Source of the DNA: a virus
Taxonomy: Duplodnaviria > Caudoviricetes
IMG/VR virus record: IMGVR_UViG_3300046009_004608
Span: 1-53,987 of that record
DNA length: 53,987 bases
Strand: one strand, 5' to 3'
Both the position numbers and the translations under genes were made by a program. Positions 52,552 through 53,987 of this stretch are shown here, piece after piece. Each line of letters begins with the position of its first letter. Within the stretch, counting starts at the first letter, position 1. A model generated the notes under the pieces. The model worked only from the letters and a program-made list of their open reading frames with translations, made no database searches and was not told the DNA's origin.

Positions 52552-53482
52552 CCAGATCGATTTCTCTGCATACCTACACGCCACCGAGCCGCAGCAGAAG
52601 ATTCGGGAGGCCGGGGTTTGGTTAGAGGACATCAAGCAAGACGTAGTCAATCCACCCAAGGAGGCGCTGATCGCCATGCCTTGGACTAAGACTCAGGCGT
52701 CGTTCCATTTCCGACCGGGAGAGGTCACGGTGTATGCCGGAGGCAACGGGGGAGGGAAATCCCTAATCACCGGGCAGATCGCCATGGGACTCATAAAGCA
52801 GGGTCAAAAGGTCTGTATCGCCTCATTTGAGATGAAACCCAAGCGGTCGATCTATCGAATGATCAGACAGTTCTCAGGCGAGAACATCGATAAACCGCGG
52901 TTTTCCGATAAGAGTCGGTACATCGGAGAGCTGGTGGATCGATTCAGAGACTTTTCTGCAAATCACTTGTGGTTTTACGACCAGCAGGGGACGACAAATG
53001 CACAGCAAGTGATCGCCATGGCGAGATATTGCGCGGTAAAACTTGGTATCACCCATGTATTTATCGACTCACTTATGAAATGCGTCCCAAGCGAAGACGA
53101 TTACAACGCTCAAAAGTATTTTGTTGATGAGCTGACAGCCTTGGCCCGGGATCACAACATTCATATTCATTTAATTCATCACATCAGAAAACTTACGAGC
53201 GAAGAAGTGACGCCGAATAAAAACGACATCAAGGGAACCGGATCGATTGCAGATCAGGTGGATAACGTTTTGCTTGTCTGGAGAAACAAAAAGAAGGAGC
53301 ATTCCGCACAGGCAGGTAATAGCGTAGATAACGCTACACCAGATGCGATGTTGATGTGTGAGAAGCAGCGAAACGGGGAAAGCGAAGATTGGTATTCACT
53401 TTGGTTTCATAAAGACAGCCATCAGTTTTTGGAAAACCCAGACTCAATGCCGATGACGTTTGATCAGAAAGGCGATTTTTAA
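52532..53482 (+). CDS. DnaB/T7-gp4-like SF4 helicase (RecA domain only)
   Basis: FRPGEVTVYAGGNGGGKS, SFEM, VFIDSL, HHIRK, IKGTGSIADQVD, EKQRNG; TTG start. Confidence 0.9.
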   Translation: MNILQSDQIDFSAYLHATEPQQKIREAGVWLEDIKQDVVNPPKEALIAMPWTKTQASFHFRPGEVTVYAGGNGGGKSLITGQIAMGLIKQGQKVCIASFEMKPKRSIYRMIRQFSGENIDKPRFSDKSRYIGELVDRFRDFSANHLWFYDQQGTTNAQQVIAMARYCAVKLGITHVFIDSLMKCVPSEDDYNAQKYFVDELTALARDHNIHIHLIHHIRKLTSEEVTPNKNDIKGTGSIADQVDNVLLVWRNKKKEHSAQAGNSVDNATPDAMLMCEKQRNGESEDWYSLWFHKDSHQFLENPDSMPMTFDQKGDF

Positions 53483-53483
53483 T

Positions 53484-53705
53484 GTGGATGTTTACGAAAA
53501 ATATAAAAACTGGAAAGAAGGGCAGGGCGAAGACCAAAGCCGACATCGGCACCTTGTCCGATGGGTCATACGAATGCGACTTTCAGATCGAGACAAAGCG
53601 CATAAGTGGTTACAAGGCTGGAATGAAAAACATCCCGGCTCTGTTTTGGAATCCGATGTGATGGATCAATGGAAAAAAGGAAACCGAGGCGATACATGGA
53701 AATGA
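53484..53705 (+). CDS. Hypothetical protein
   Basis: RHRHLVRWVI...DQWKKGNRG motif. Confidence 0.7.
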   Translation: MDVYEKYKNWKEGQGEDQSRHRHLVRWVIRMRLSDRDKAHKWLQGWNEKHPGSVLESDVMDQWKKGNRGDTWK

Positions 53706-53977
53706 TCAATAAAGATAAAGTTCAAGAAATATGCGAAGAGGCCGGCCGGGTTGCGAATGTTGCCTTGGAGGAATTAAGGGAGTTAGCCCATGAGCATGAC
53801 GTTGCGTTTGCTTTGGCGGTGATGAATGAGACCGGAACCCTGCTTTGTGCAAAAGCGATGGCCATGGTTGCCGATGGTGATGAGGAGCGTTTCAAGAGGA
53901 TGCTGAAAAGTCTTAAAGAAATGATCGAGGCTCAGGCAAGGGACTTTGCAAAAGAGGAGCGCCAGTGGTTGAACTAA
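53696..53977 (+). CDS. Hypothetical protein (3' end duplicated at 1-117)
   Basis: GAGG RBS; reads into the terminal repeat and overlaps the rusA start. Confidence 0.7.
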   Translation: MEMINKDKVQEICEEAGRVANVALEELRELAHEHDVAFALAVMNETGTLLCAKAMAMVADGDEERFKRMLKSLKEMIEAQARDFAKEERQWLN

Positions 53978-53986
53978 CGCTGCCAT
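53861..53986. repeat. Terminal direct repeat, right copy
   Basis: Identical to 1-126. Confidence 0.95.
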
Positions 53987-53987
53987 T

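Noticed and set aside
1-53987. Specific host assignment
   Set aside because: Gene content suggests an aquatic Gram-negative (probably proteobacterial) host, but nothing in the sequence alone fixes it; spacer or prophage matches are needed.

Overview
Apparently complete, circularly permuted dsDNA tailed-phage genome (Caudoviricetes). The unit length is about 53,860 bp; bases 1-126 recur at 53861-53986. The morphotype is probably a short-tailed podovirus: no tape measure, tail tube or sheath was recognised, but adaptor/nozzle-like and ejection-like proteins are present. Layout: small early/accessory genes (RusA, Rap1a-like immunity protein, HEXXH metallopeptidase; about 0.1-5.1 kb). Then a roughly 42 kb rightward morphogenesis block: TerS, TerL, a 1274-aa modular protein, portal, GroES, scaffold, capsid, basic internal proteins, a Gly-X-Ser fibre followed by glycosyltransferases, three Kelch-like beta-propeller proteins, the lysis cassette, and tail and ejection proteins. 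Then a leftward nuclease/SSB block (47.9-51.2 kb), and a divergent Cro-like, DUF1376 initiator and DnaB-like helicase block. No integrase, CI repressor, DNA/RNA polymerase, reverse transcriptase, tRNA or CRISPR was recognised. Most notable: (1) a hydrophobic-[AKR]-x-G-G motif punctuates many virion-module proteins at domain boundaries, a candidate polyprotein-processing or packaging-tag system; (2) a Ser-rich GxS fibre is translationally coupled to GT2/FkbM/split-GT9 enzymes, a candidate virion glycosylation system; (3) an unannotated 28-aa cationic amphipathic peptide follows the endolysin (disruptin-like); (4) a 17-bp operator overlaps all candidate early promoters; (5) 11-bp iterons occur both in the initiator gene and near terS. 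All family assignments come from motif recognition by eye, not from database searches.
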